A stretch of DNA of 64,000 nucleotides from a virus (lineage: Duplodnaviria > Caudoviricetes). Both the position numbers and the translations under genes were made by a program. This document shows, in pieces, positions 51,345-61,143 of the stretch. Under the pieces are notes generated by a model. It was not told the DNA's origin and made no database searches. It worked only from the letters and a program-made list of their open reading frames with translations. The DNA is taken from the IMG/VR virus record IMGVR_UViG_3300009082_000959. One strand, written 5' to 3'. Within the stretch, counting starts at the first letter, position 1. Each line of letters opens with the position of its first letter.

Positions 51345-54300
51345 ATGAAAGATTTGTTTGTTAATCTGCATTCGCATTCGGCGCAGGGAAGTTTGGCGGA
51401 TAGCATGGTTACCGTTGATCAACTTTTCAATAGAGTAAAAGAATTAGGGCAAGAAGCAATTGCTCTGACAGACCATGGAACAATGGCAAGCGTTTTTGAT
51501 GCACGAAAAGCTTCCAAGAAAACTGGAGTAAAATATATACCAGGATGCGAAATTTACTTTGTTAATGATGTATCAGATAAAAAAGGCAAAAGATATCACT
51601 TGGTTCTTTTAGCTAAAAATGAAACAGGATACAGAAATTTACTAAAATTAAATTATCTTGGGTTCAAGTCTGCTCATTATGTTCCTGTTATAAATAAAAT
51701 ATTTTCCGTTGTTGATTGGAATATGCTTGAAGAATATCATAATGGAATTATTTGTCTTACTGCTTGCAGCTCTGGACCAATTGCTCGTGCGTTGTTGGCA
51801 ATTAAAGATAATAATCCAATCAATGAAGTAGAAAATTACTCTAATGCATTGGAAATAACAAAGAGACTCCAAAAAATATTTGGAGAAGATTTGTATCTTG
51901 AAATACAGCCACACGACCTAAAGGCTTATAGTAGAGACAGAAAAACAGGAGATGCATTACTGGACGCAAGTGGCAACCCAATAGTAAGTGTCGACCAACC
52001 ATATATTAATAAAAAAATAATTCAAATATCAAAAGAATTAAATATACCATTAACTGCAACTTGTGATGTTCATTACTTAAACAAAGAAGATGCCAAGGCA
52101 CACGATATGCTCATGGCGATAAATGAAAAGAAGCCACTTAATGATAAAAATAGACACCGATATGAGGTCGAAGAGTTTTACCTTAAGAGTAGCAGCGAAA
52201 TATTAAATTACTTTACAAGTCGTTTTGATGAAAACATTGCACTCGAAGTATGCAACAATAGCATTATAATAGCAAATAAGTGCGAGGACTCTAAATACAT
52301 AGACTCCGACAAAATAAGATTTCCTATTTTTGATGCATCAAAAGAAAAAGATTATGACAAGTTTTTGAGTTGGAATAAAAATCAATCTAATAAAACTTTG
52401 TCAGAGGACAAAGCATATATGAGATTTAAGTGCATAAATGCTTTTGGGAAAATGTATAGACACTTGAGCGAAGATGATAGGAAAATATACAAAGAAAGAC
52501 TCACAGAAGAAATAAAGGTTTTTGAGGAAAAGAACTTTTGTTCTTACATGCTTATAACGTCCGACTTTATAAATAAGGCCAAAGAACACGGTGTCAGAAT
52601 CGGTCCGGGTAGGGGATCGGTCGGAGGATCTCTTGTCGGTAATTTACTTGGCATTCATGAATTAGATCCAATACAATATGGTTTATTGTTTGAGAGATTC
52701 ATTAATAGAGAGAAGGTTGCATTTCCTGACATAGACACTGACTTTAGCCCGGACGGAAGAGAATGGGTAGAGCAATATGTTATAAAGAAATATGGAGAAT
52801 TGAATGTCGCTCATGTTTCAAATTTTTCAAAAATTACTCCAAAGGTTGTATTAAAAGATATAGCTCGCTCATTGGAAATAGGCGGCGGCAAGAGTGAAGC
52901 ATTTAAAATTGCAAATGATATCACTGACTCTATTTCAATTGATTCAAAAACATTTGATAATGCTTTGCAGGAATCAGCGAGCTTGAGGAAAATTTGCGTT
53001 GAATACCCAGACATAGAAAAATATGGCAGAAAATTAGTTGGATTGGAAAAAACATTTGCAACTCATGCTGCTGGAATTGTCATAAGTGATATAGATTTAT
53101 CAACTTATATTCCGTTACGATATGATAAAGATGGGATATTGGCAACGCAATATGAAAAGGAAAGATGCGAAAAGGTTGGTTTGATAAAAATGGATTTCCT
53201 TGGATTAGAGCATCTTAAAATAATTGATGGCGTTATAGCTAATTCCAAGAAATTAGGTCTTGATTGTCCGGACACAGTTGATTTGGCTCCTTTCGACGAT
53301 AAGGGCGTTTGGGATATGATTTCAAGAGGAAAGACATCTTGCGTTTTTCAAATGGGTTCAACTCATATGCAGGCAATGTGCAAGAGAATTAGACCAAGGA
53401 ATATAGAAGATTTAAGTTTAGTTAATGCCTTGGGTCGTCCATCAGCAGCAAAGAGTAGAGACTTATATATAGCAAGAAGAGATGGAAATAAAAAAGTATC
53501 ATATAAATATGATTTTTTGGAAAAAGCATTTAAAGAAACACTTGGTATTTGCGTGTATGAAGAACAGCTGCTTAAATTAGCAAGATACGCTGCTGGTTGG
53601 AGCTTAAATAAGGCCGATGGTTTGAGAAAACTAACAAAGCTAAAAGGCAAAGACCCAAAAATGGCAGCACAATTAGAGGGTGATTTTATAAATGATACTG
53701 TTGCTAATAGTGGATTAACCAATGAACAAGCCAAAGAAATTTGGAAAGATATAATAGAACCATTTGCCGGATATGGGTTTAATAAAGCACATGGAATATT
53801 TTATAGTTTAAATGGATATCATACGGCGTATTATAAACATCATTATCCAGCTCCATTTATGGCTGCTGTTCTAAAATCAGAGGTAGAGAAAACATCTTCA
53901 AATGCAGAAAAAATGAAAGAGTATAAGCAAGAAGCACAAAGAATGGGTATAAAGATTATAGCTCCTGATATAAATTTTAGCGAACATTCTTTTTCAGTGC
54001 GCGACCAAAAAACAATAGTCATGGGTTTTGGAACAGTTAAGGGCGTAGGAGATAAAGCAATTGAGAATATTTTAGAGGTAAGGTCTGTTGGTCCATTTAC
54101 ATCATTTGCCGATTTCTTGCATAGAACAAATTCAAGAGTTGTTCAAAAGAAGGTAATACAATCACTTGCGCAGGCCGGATGTTTTGATTCACTTGGTGTT
54201 TCTCGCCGTGGAGCATTTTTATATTACGCCGAAATAAGAACAAAGACAGCAAAACATATAGAAAAATTGGCAGATAAAAATAATGTTTTGGATGTTCTTA

Positions 54301-54743
54301 AAAACTTGAAAATTGAAAACACTATTTCGGATTTTCATGACGAGTGGAATAAGAAAGAAATTTTGAATGGAGAAATGTTGTCCTTGGGAGAATATTTATC
54401 TGGCGGAATAAATGACATATATAATGAATTTTTTACTAATCAGGGAACAGCTTTAAGTAGAATAAAAAATATGGCTGATGGCGCATCTGTAAGGATTGAA
54501 GTAGTTGTTGATGGTATATCTGAACAAAAAACAAAAACAGGCAAAAGTAAAGGACAAAGTTATGGTAATTGTTCAATTGTAGATAAAAATGGAGATGCAT
54601 CAACTATGAAAATTTGGTCAAATGTATGGAACAAAGTAAGAGATGAAATTAAAGTAGGAAGACCAATAAGAGCTGTTTGTAAAATAAACTCTTATAATGG
54701 AAATAATACACTTGTATTAAATTCGTTAGAAAAGGTAGGTTAA
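51345..54743 (+). CDS. dnaE: DNA polymerase III alpha subunit
   Basis: PHP domain LHSHS, LTDHG, CDVHY; GPGRGS; FERFINREKVAFPDIDTDF; YGFNKAHG; OB fold. Confidence 0.97.
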   Translation: MKDLFVNLHSHSAQGSLADSMVTVDQLFNRVKELGQEAIALTDHGTMASVFDARKASKKTGVKYIPGCEIYFVNDVSDKKGKRYHLVLLAKNETGYRNLLKLNYLGFKSAHYVPVINKIFSVVDWNMLEEYHNGIICLTACSSGPIARALLAIKDNNPINEVENYSNALEITKRLQKIFGEDLYLEIQPHDLKAYSRDRKTGDALLDASGNPIVSVDQPYINKKIIQISKELNIPLTATCDVHYLNKEDAKAHDMLMAINEKKPLNDKNRHRYEVEEFYLKSSSEILNYFTSRFDENIALEVCNNSIIIANKCEDSKYIDSDKIRFPIFDASKEKDYDKFLSWNKNQSNKTLSEDKAYMRFKCINAFGKMYRHLSEDDRKIYKERLTEEIKVFEEKNFCSYMLITSDFINKAKEHGVRIGPGRGSVGGSLVGNLLGIHELDPIQYGLLFERFINREKVAFPDIDTDFSPDGREWVEQYVIKKYGELNVAHVSNFSKITPKVVLKDIARSLEIGGGKSEAFKIANDITDSISIDSKTFDNALQESASLRKICVEYPDIEKYGRKLVGLEKTFATHAAGIVISDIDLSTYIPLRYDKDGILATQYEKERCEKVGLIKMDFLGLEHLKIIDGVIANSKKLGLDCPDTVDLAPFDDKGVWDMISRGKTSCVFQMGSTHMQAMCKRIRPRNIEDLSLVNALGRPSAAKSRDLYIARRDGNKKVSYKYDFLEKAFKETLGICVYEEQLLKLARYAAGWSLNKADGLRKLTKLKGKDPKMAAQLEGDFINDTVANSGLTNEQAKEIWKDIIEPFAGYGFNKAHGIFYSLNGYHTAYYKHHYPAPFMAAVLKSEVEKTSSNAEKMKEYKQEAQRMGIKIIAPDINFSEHSFSVRDQKTIVMGFGTVKGVGDKAIENILEVRSVGPFTSFADFLHRTNSRVVQKKVIQSLAQAGCFDSLGVSRRGAFLYYAEIRTKTAKHIEKLADKNNVLDVLKNLKIENTISDFHDEWNKKEILNGEMLSLGEYLSGGINDIYNEFFTNQGTALSRIKNMADGASVRIEVVVDGISEQKTKTGKSKGQSYGNCSIVDKNGDASTMKIWSNVWNKVRDEIKVGRPIRAVCKINSYNGNNTLVLNSLEKVG

Positions 54744-54745
54744 TC

Positions 54746-55279
54746 ATGAAGTGTGAAAATTGCGGAGTTTTAATTAATCCAGATTTTGGGTTTGCGATAA
54801 AAAATAATCAATGTCCTGCGTGTGGCAAAAACATTATGAGCAAAGAAAAGGCCATTGCGGTTTCTGACTTAAAGAGCCTTCTTGCGGAAAATATAAAAGG
54901 AATTGACATAGACCCCATTGTTTCGCTGGTGGTGGCCAATTTCGACATCAAACTAATTTCAAAAAACGGGTTGCAAAAGCCGGTCGCGCAGGATAAGATT
55001 GACGATGCCGGTTCGCCACCAGAAAAAGACGACCCGGATGCCGAATTCAAACAAAAACAAAAAAAGGAAGCGCAGGCAATATTAAGGAAATTGAGAGACG
55101 AAGCACTCAACGGCGCTCTACACGACAGATATGGGTTTGAAGAAGATGGAGCTGGTGTTTCAATTGATATAGGCGTGAATGACGGAGAAAGCACATTTGA
55201 GGTGGCAGAAAGAATTAAGAAAGAACAAAAAAGAGATGCAGTTCTTAGTGGCGGCGGTTCATTTAAGAGGTCCGAGTGA
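54746..55279 (+). CDS. Hypothetical zinc-ribbon protein
   Basis: CENC...CPACG. Confidence 0.65.
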   Translation: MKCENCGVLINPDFGFAIKNNQCPACGKNIMSKEKAIAVSDLKSLLAENIKGIDIDPIVSLVVANFDIKLISKNGLQKPVAQDKIDDAGSPPEKDDPDAEFKQKQKKEAQAILRKLRDEALNGALHDRYGFEEDGAGVSIDIGVNDGESTFEVAERIKKEQKRDAVLSGGGSFKRSE

Positions 55280-55560
55280 TTAAGGGAATAGGCCATAAAA
55301 AAGTAGAAATCACTAACGAAGAGTATTTGTATTACTTGGAATTGGTGAAAAGATACTCTAATGAAACACATAGTGGTGAGGATTATTTTGTTGATTTGTT
55401 TCAAACCGATAAATCAAATAATATATCTGTTATTACACCAACAAATAATGTTCCTTGGGTTATTTTATTCTTTGTCCAAAATCTTATGATTAATCAGCGT
55501 TTAAGAATAAATGACTCAAAGATTGATGAACTTGAAAGGAAAATTGATGGCAGGAAATAG
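55276..55560 (+). CDS. Hypothetical protein
   Basis: ORF track. Confidence 0.6.
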   Translation: MIKGIGHKKVEITNEEYLYYLELVKRYSNETHSGEDYFVDLFQTDKSNNISVITPTNNVPWVILFFVQNLMINQRLRINDSKIDELERKIDGRK

Positions 55561-56137
55561 TTTAACAGTAAAAGAATTACTTAATCCTGGTGAAAAATTC
55601 GATCCCATGAATATAGACACCAGCGAAATAAAGGCATTATCTAATGCGTTGCCACAAGATGGAAATATAGATACCAATAACGCAGAAGTGATGGCAACAA
55701 AATACTTACGCGGCGCCGATATCTGCGCGGAGCTAACAGCAATTGCTCTTGCTTATGTCCAAAAGACCAGCTCAAATATGAAGATGGAATATAGTCAAGC
55801 AGCTTTGGTGAGGTCAGAGGATTATTTTACTACAAAAAATGGTGGTAAAAAACCAGCAAAAATAACAGATAAAATGAGAACACTTTATGCGGAAATGGAC
55901 GAAGAGTATCTTGCCGCTTGCCAAAAGCATGACGAGGCCATGGCGTTTGCAAAATGGGTGAATGGAAAATATGATAGTTTCAATAAAATGCACTATCACT
56001 GCAAACAAGCTCTTTCTCGCGGGTATGATCATGAACGAATATCGGGCTGGGAAAGAGATATAACGGGAAATCAGGAAAGCGGAGAGTGTAGTTTATCGGT
56101 AAATAAAAGCACAGACGACGATGATTCTGGTTGGTAA
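55547..56137 (+). CDS. Helical protein, possibly a UvsY-like recombination mediator
   Basis: Helical pattern (MDEEYLAA...KWVNGKYDSF) and position next to the SSB gene; weak. Confidence 0.35.
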   Translation: MAGNSLTVKELLNPGEKFDPMNIDTSEIKALSNALPQDGNIDTNNAEVMATKYLRGADICAELTAIALAYVQKTSSNMKMEYSQAALVRSEDYFTTKNGGKKPAKITDKMRTLYAEMDEEYLAACQKHDEAMAFAKWVNGKYDSFNKMHYHCKQALSRGYDHERISGWERDITGNQESGECSLSVNKSTDDDDSGW

Positions 56138-56140
56138 TAC

Positions 56141-56168
56141 TTGACTTTTTTGTAAAATCAAGTATAAT
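56141..56168 (+). promoter_or_regulatory. Sigma70-type promoter for the SSB gene
   Basis: TTGACT-N16-TATAAT. Confidence 0.7.
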
Positions 56169-56236
56169 AATAAATGTCCGCCGGCAATTTTTAGTTTAGA
56201 TAAAGCCAAAGGACAATTAACAAAGGAGTATTAAAA

Positions 56237-56869
56237 ATGAGTACAAAGGTAGTCGGAAAATTGGATGATTGGAATGACGCGGATTTAGGTGGCAGCGACT
56301 TTATGAATCTCGAAGAAGGTTCAAATCAGGTTCGTATTGTTGGCAAGGCACATCAGTTTTATATACACTGGACAAAGGATGAGACTGGTGCAAATCGTAA
56401 GGTTCACTGCGCCCTTGATGGTTGCCCTCTCTGCCAGAAGGGAGAGCGAGCACAACCACGATGGTTTGTGACAGTCATTAATCGTAAAACCAATAAGTGT
56501 GCTATATTAGAAATTGGTTCTCAAATCTATAAGAGTATTCTCAATTTGTTTAAAAAGGAAAAGTGGGGTGATCCAAGACAGTATGATTTGGATATTGAGC
56601 GCCAACCAAAGGGCTCACAACCATTATATGTTGTTTCCCCCAATCCAAAGGAAGCACTCTCAGATGATGAGAAGGGGCTTGTTAAGGAGTTCAATACAAG
56701 AGTTGATTTGGTTAAGATGGCCGTTCCAGCAACTGTAGAGGAAATTTGTGAGAAGCTGGGATTATCTGCGCCAAAGGCAAAGCCAGCAGTAAGCAATAGT
56801 TTTGATGAGGCTGAGCCAGTCGCAACAGAAGAAAGCGGCAGCGATGACGACTTCAATTTTGATGGTTAA
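56237..56869 (+). CDS. gp32-like single-stranded DNA-binding protein
   Basis: HC...CPLC zinc site, aromatic OB-fold pattern, acidic tail DDDFNFDG. Confidence 0.75.
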   Translation: MSTKVVGKLDDWNDADLGGSDFMNLEEGSNQVRIVGKAHQFYIHWTKDETGANRKVHCALDGCPLCQKGERAQPRWFVTVINRKTNKCAILEIGSQIYKSILNLFKKEKWGDPRQYDLDIERQPKGSQPLYVVSPNPKEALSDDEKGLVKEFNTRVDLVKMAVPATVEEICEKLGLSAPKAKPAVSNSFDEAEPVATEESGSDDDFNFDG

Positions 56870-56887
56870 TATGTAATTAGCGTGAGT

Positions 56888-56930
56888 AATAAAATCCAGG
56901 ATGACTTAATTGTTATTCCTGGATTTTATT
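56888..56930 (+). terminator. Terminator hairpin after SSB
   Basis: AATAAAATCCAGGA...TCCTGGATTTTATT 14-bp stem, then GTTTT. Confidence 0.8.
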
Positions 56931-56951
56931 GTTTTATAGTCATTTCAAACA

Positions 56952-57533
56952 ATGTTAATTCTTGCCTTAGATGTTAGTAGTAAATCAACCGGATGGTCCG
57001 TCATTCTGGATGGTAAATTGACAGACGGATACGGACTTATTTCCCCAAACAAAAAATTTTCTCAGGGGGCCAAGTTATCGTTTTTTAGAGAACAAATTAA
57101 AACACTGTATTATAAATATAATCCAGATTTGGTAATCGTTGAAAACATATTTTGCGGAATTAATAAAATATCCTTTCGTTGTTTGGCAGAATTTCGCGGA
57201 GTTGCATTCCAAACATTATTTGAGATAACTGGACGTGACCCATACAGCATAATGGCAGTCGAGGCAAGAAAAATTATGGGAGTTGGGACAAAAAAAGAAG
57301 ATGCGTTTAGTGGTATCGTAAATAAATATAACTTGATTGGTTTTGATTTTGAGAAAGACAATGACATAGTGGATTCATTTTGTCTTGGTCTCGCGTACCA
57401 AAAAATACTCGACGGCGCTCAAATAATGCCAGTAATAAGGTCTAAAAAGAGAAGAACAAAACAATCTACCCGCAGAGATAAGAGTGTTTTGGGTGGAAGA
57501 AAAACTAAGAAAAAAAGAAAGACAAAGAAATGA
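56952..57533 (+). CDS. ruvC: RuvC-like Holliday junction resolvase
   Basis: LALDVSSKSTGW, VIVENIF, NDIVDSFCLG. Confidence 0.85.
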   Translation: MLILALDVSSKSTGWSVILDGKLTDGYGLISPNKKFSQGAKLSFFREQIKTLYYKYNPDLVIVENIFCGINKISFRCLAEFRGVAFQTLFEITGRDPYSIMAVEARKIMGVGTKKEDAFSGIVNKYNLIGFDFEKDNDIVDSFCLGLAYQKILDGAQIMPVIRSKKRRTKQSTRRDKSVLGGRKTKKKRKTKK

Positions 57534-58528
57534 ATAATCCTTATGAAGTTCTTGGGGTTGAAAAAGACGCGAGCCAAGCCGACATAAAAAAGGCTTACAG
57601 GACTCTCGCAAAACAAACACACCCCGACGTAAACCAAAATGATCCGGTAGCGGAAGAAAAATTTAAAGATATTTCGGCCGCATATGATATTTTGGGTGAT
57701 CCAGAAAAAAGAAAAAACTTTGATACCTTTGGCAGCGTTGATGGCCGAGGCCCAGACAATGGATTTAATCCGTTTGATTTTGTTATGAATGATATTTTTG
57801 GTGGCAGGAAAAGATCAACAACCGGACAGCACATTACAAAGAAAATATCAATTAGTTTTATGGAATCAGCTCTTGGGTGTGAGAAAAAAATTTCAGTAGA
57901 ATATCCGCATCAATGCAAATCATGTAAAGGAAATGGATCAAAGGACGGGACTAATACTAAAACATGTGTAACTTGCAATGGATTTGGAAAAATAGAACAA
58001 AGTCATGGGTTTATGCAAATAATAAATAGGTGTCCGACTTGCAATGGTTCTGGAAACATGATTACAGAAAAGTGCTTAGATTGTTCTGGCAAAGGCATAG
58101 TATTTAACACGGAGACACTTAAAGTAAAGTTTCCGGCCGGAATCAGTACTGGAAACTCAATAAGGTTGGCAAAAAAAGGTATGCCAAGTGATGTGGGTGG
58201 AACTAACGGAGATTTGTTTTTAAATGTGTTTGTTGAGCCTCACCCGAAGTTTAAACATGACGGAGCTAATGTTTTTTCTTTTGAGAACATTAGCTATTTG
58301 CAGGCAATTTTGGGTGAAAAAATAGATATTCAAACAATACACGGTGACATAAAATTAACAATTCCCTCATACACTCAGCCAAATAGTGTATTGAGGGTTG
58401 CTGGTAAGGGAATTATAAATGGAAATAATTGTGGAGATCATATTGTTGTTATTAATATAACTATACCAAAAAATATTTCACAGGAAGAGGAAAATCTTTT
58501 AAAACAATTAAAAGAAATAAAAAATTAA
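57530..58528 (+). CDS. dnaJ: DnaJ chaperone
   Basis: J domain with HPD; four CxxCxGxG repeats; C-terminal domains. Confidence 0.95.
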   Translation: MNNPYEVLGVEKDASQADIKKAYRTLAKQTHPDVNQNDPVAEEKFKDISAAYDILGDPEKRKNFDTFGSVDGRGPDNGFNPFDFVMNDIFGGRKRSTTGQHITKKISISFMESALGCEKKISVEYPHQCKSCKGNGSKDGTNTKTCVTCNGFGKIEQSHGFMQIINRCPTCNGSGNMITEKCLDCSGKGIVFNTETLKVKFPAGISTGNSIRLAKKGMPSDVGGTNGDLFLNVFVEPHPKFKHDGANVFSFENISYLQAILGEKIDIQTIHGDIKLTIPSYTQPNSVLRVAGKGIINGNNCGDHIVVINITIPKNISQEEENLLKQLKEIKN

Positions 58529-58538
58529 CGAGGCACAC

Positions 58539-59384
58539 ATGCACAAAAAGTTTCTTGCACTGATTATGCTAATTTCTGCTTTTTCTTGGTCTTGTCAGGA
58601 TAAAAATAAATTGACAGTTGGAGAACAGATTTCAGAAACCATTGTGTATGTGAATCAATCATCAGGAGTCATTGTATATTCCGATGAAGAACGATCATTG
58701 GTTTTAACAGCATATCATGTAATAGCAGATAATTGCGATTCAAGCGGTAGTTGCAATACAGACGAAATAAAAGTATCCATAGTGTATCCAATTTTTTTGG
58801 ACAAAGAAACAAAAATAAGAGCAAGAGAGATAATGGAGAAAAATGGAACCAGTGAAGATATTATTAATTTAATATTGGATAATGAGTTTATTCAAATACC
58901 AGAGTTTTTTAGTGTTGTTCAATCCGAAGTAGACCCATCCCACGACTTGGCTATATTGGAAATAAAAACTTCGTTAAATTTTCGTTTCTCTAATCTTTCC
59001 AAAAAAGAATGCAAGGTTGGAGACGATGTTTATCTTGCTGGTAATCCAAATAGATTATTCAGAACAATATTAAAGGGAACCGTTGGGTCTATTGATAGGT
59101 TTATAGATAATACCGAGTCAATACAAATCAGTGGCGGAACAATATTCGGTAGCAGTGGCGGTGGAGTTTTTAATCTTGATGGGGAATTAATTGGAATAAT
59201 TCAATCCGTAAGGGCATTGGTTACGCCTTATTGTTATGGCGAGTGGAATGAAGATGGAGATTTTGTTAAAAGGACGTGCGTTGAGTTGCCAGTTGAGTTT
59301 TTGGGTTTTGCTGCAAAAGAAAAAGTAATTATCGACTTTCTATCTGAAAGTCGATTTTGTTTGTATTTTAAAATTTGTAAATAA
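58539..59384 (+). CDS. Trypsin-like serine protease with signal/lipoprotein-like N-terminus
   Basis: LTAYHV (His), HDLAIL (Asp), GSSGGG (Ser); MHKKFLALIMLISAFSWSC. Confidence 0.85.
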   Translation: MHKKFLALIMLISAFSWSCQDKNKLTVGEQISETIVYVNQSSGVIVYSDEERSLVLTAYHVIADNCDSSGSCNTDEIKVSIVYPIFLDKETKIRAREIMEKNGTSEDIINLILDNEFIQIPEFFSVVQSEVDPSHDLAILEIKTSLNFRFSNLSKKECKVGDDVYLAGNPNRLFRTILKGTVGSIDRFIDNTESIQISGGTIFGSSGGGVFNLDGELIGIIQSVRALVTPYCYGEWNEDGDFVKRTCVELPVEFLGFAAKEKVIIDFLSESRFCLYFKICK

Positions 59385-59461
59385 AAAAGAAAGGTTAGCT
59401 AACTGCACATAATCTGCTAATATCTTCCAACATAGTATGCCACTACATAGGAGGTATTTTC

Positions 59462-60055
59462 ATGTTCGTGCCGCTTAGAAAAGCGGTTGAATTAACGGGT
59501 CTACACCCAAACACTTTAAGGAAATATGCAGACCAAAACAAAATCAAAGCAGTCAGAACTCCCTGCGGGAACCGGTTGTTCGACACCGATTCACTTCCGG
59601 GCCAACAGGCTCAGCGATCAGCCACAGTCTGCTATTGTAGAGTTAGTTCAACCAAACAAAAATCAGGTCTCGCTAGACAAGTTGTTGAACTTAGAACCCA
59701 ATTCCCCCAAGCAGACATCATCCAAGATGTGGGATCCGAGCTCAACTTCAAAAGAAAAGGGCTTAGGTCCTTATTGGACCGATTGCTTCAAGGAGATCGT
59801 ATCACACTTATCGTGGCTCGCAGAGACCGGCTCTGCCGGTTTGGATTCGAGTTGCTTGAGTATTTGGTCACCAAAAACGGTGGAGAAATCATGGTTCTCG
59901 ACCAACCTGAAACAAGTCCGCAATCAGAATTGGTTCAAGACTTGTTGTCAATCATACTTGAGTTCTCTCGCAGAGTCCCAGGACTCCACAGATACTACGA
60001 TGATATCAAAAAAGATACGACTGTTACCAACTCAACAACAGAAACAGCAACTTAA
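59462..60055 (+). CDS. tnpA: IS607 serine recombinase/transposase (MerR-HTH + resolvase)
   Basis: GLHPNTLRKY, YCRVSS, DVGSELNFKRKGL, RDRLCRFGF, ELVQDLL. Confidence 0.95.
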   Translation: MFVPLRKAVELTGLHPNTLRKYADQNKIKAVRTPCGNRLFDTDSLPGQQAQRSATVCYCRVSSTKQKSGLARQVVELRTQFPQADIIQDVGSELNFKRKGLRSLLDRLLQGDRITLIVARRDRLCRFGFELLEYLVTKNGGEIMVLDQPETSPQSELVQDLLSIILEFSRRVPGLHRYYDDIKKDTTVTNSTTETAT

Positions 60056-61121
60056 TTCGTGGATAAACGGTTTTCGTTTTGTTTATAATCAGTCTTTGGA
60101 GTATGCACAGAAGCAAACAACTACTCCATCGTGGTTTAAAACTAAAAAGCAGTTGTTAGATCAGTTACCCTCTTGGACTAAACAAATTCCCTATCAAATT
60201 AAATCAATTGCTATAAAGGAAGCATTTGATAACCTAAGACAACGGAAAAAACAAGCAAAATTTAAACACACTAAATTTAAGATGCACTTTAAGTCTAAGA
60301 AGGAACCACAACAATCGTGTTATTTGCCTAAGTCTGCGGTTTTGACAAAGGGAATTTATCCAAGGTTGCTGGGGAAACTTAAATACACAGAATCACTGCC
60401 ATCCAATATTGGTGACTCTCGTTTAGTTTACGTTTACGGGAAATTTTACTTAACTATACCAACAACAAAGCAACGGTCTTTAACCGAGAACCAAGGCAGA
60501 ATCGTTGCTCTCGATCCAGGTATAAGAAAGTTTATTACTTTCGTAAGTCATGACAGTGCGGGTTGCTTGGCAACCCATGACATAGGTAGGATTTATAGAT
60601 TATGTTTTTATTTAGACCAATTAGTTTCCAAGACAAGCAAGGCCAAGTCTAAACAAAAACATAATTTACGAAAAGCAGCAAACCGTATTCGTGAAAAAAT
60701 TAAAAACTTAATAGATGAACTACACAACAAAGTTGCCTATTTTCTTGTTAATAATTTTGACCTAATTTTACTACCAACTTTTGAAACACAACAAATGGTT
60801 TCCAAAGCACATCGTAAAATAGGATCAAAATCAGCCAGGGCCATGATGACTTTCAGTCACTATAAATTTAAGCAGAAACTAAAACACAAAGCCTTTGAAT
60901 ACGGGAAAGTAGTAGTTGATGTTTGTGAAGCCTATACTAGTAAAACCAATAATTTTACTGGCGTGGTGGATAAAAAATTAGGCGGAAAAGAATACGTATT
61001 AGTTGGTGGGAAAAAAGTGGATCGAGATATAAATGGAGCCTTGGGTATTTTACTTATGGCATTGGGAGATACACCCTATTTGGACAATTCAGTCCACAAT
61101 TGCACTGCTAATCATTATTAG
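60000..61121 (+). CDS. tnpB: IS607 TnpB with Fanzor-like rearranged RuvC site
   Basis: KIRLLPT start; VALDPG; ILLPTF at the canonical RuvC-II position; VCEAYTSK; DRDINGA. Frame is open from 59526, overlapping tnpA. Confidence 0.9.
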   Translation: MISKKIRLLPTQQQKQQLNSWINGFRFVYNQSLEYAQKQTTTPSWFKTKKQLLDQLPSWTKQIPYQIKSIAIKEAFDNLRQRKKQAKFKHTKFKMHFKSKKEPQQSCYLPKSAVLTKGIYPRLLGKLKYTESLPSNIGDSRLVYVYGKFYLTIPTTKQRSLTENQGRIVALDPGIRKFITFVSHDSAGCLATHDIGRIYRLCFYLDQLVSKTSKAKSKQKHNLRKAANRIREKIKNLIDELHNKVAYFLVNNFDLILLPTFETQQMVSKAHRKIGSKSARAMMTFSHYKFKQKLKHKAFEYGKVVVDVCEAYTSKTNNFTGVVDKKLGGKEYVLVGGKKVDRDINGALGILLMALGDTPYLDNSVHNCTANHY

Positions 61122-61143
61122 CAGAAAGGTATCGGAATAATTA

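Larger units (their letters stand above)
59393..61135 (+). mobile_element. IS607-family element (tnpA + tnpB), inserted at GG upstream of recA
   Basis: Serine recombinase + TnpB pair. CTGCTAAT near the left end and ATTAGCAG (its reverse complement) near the right end. Excision at GG restores AAAGG-N8-ATG before recA. Confidence 0.88.
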
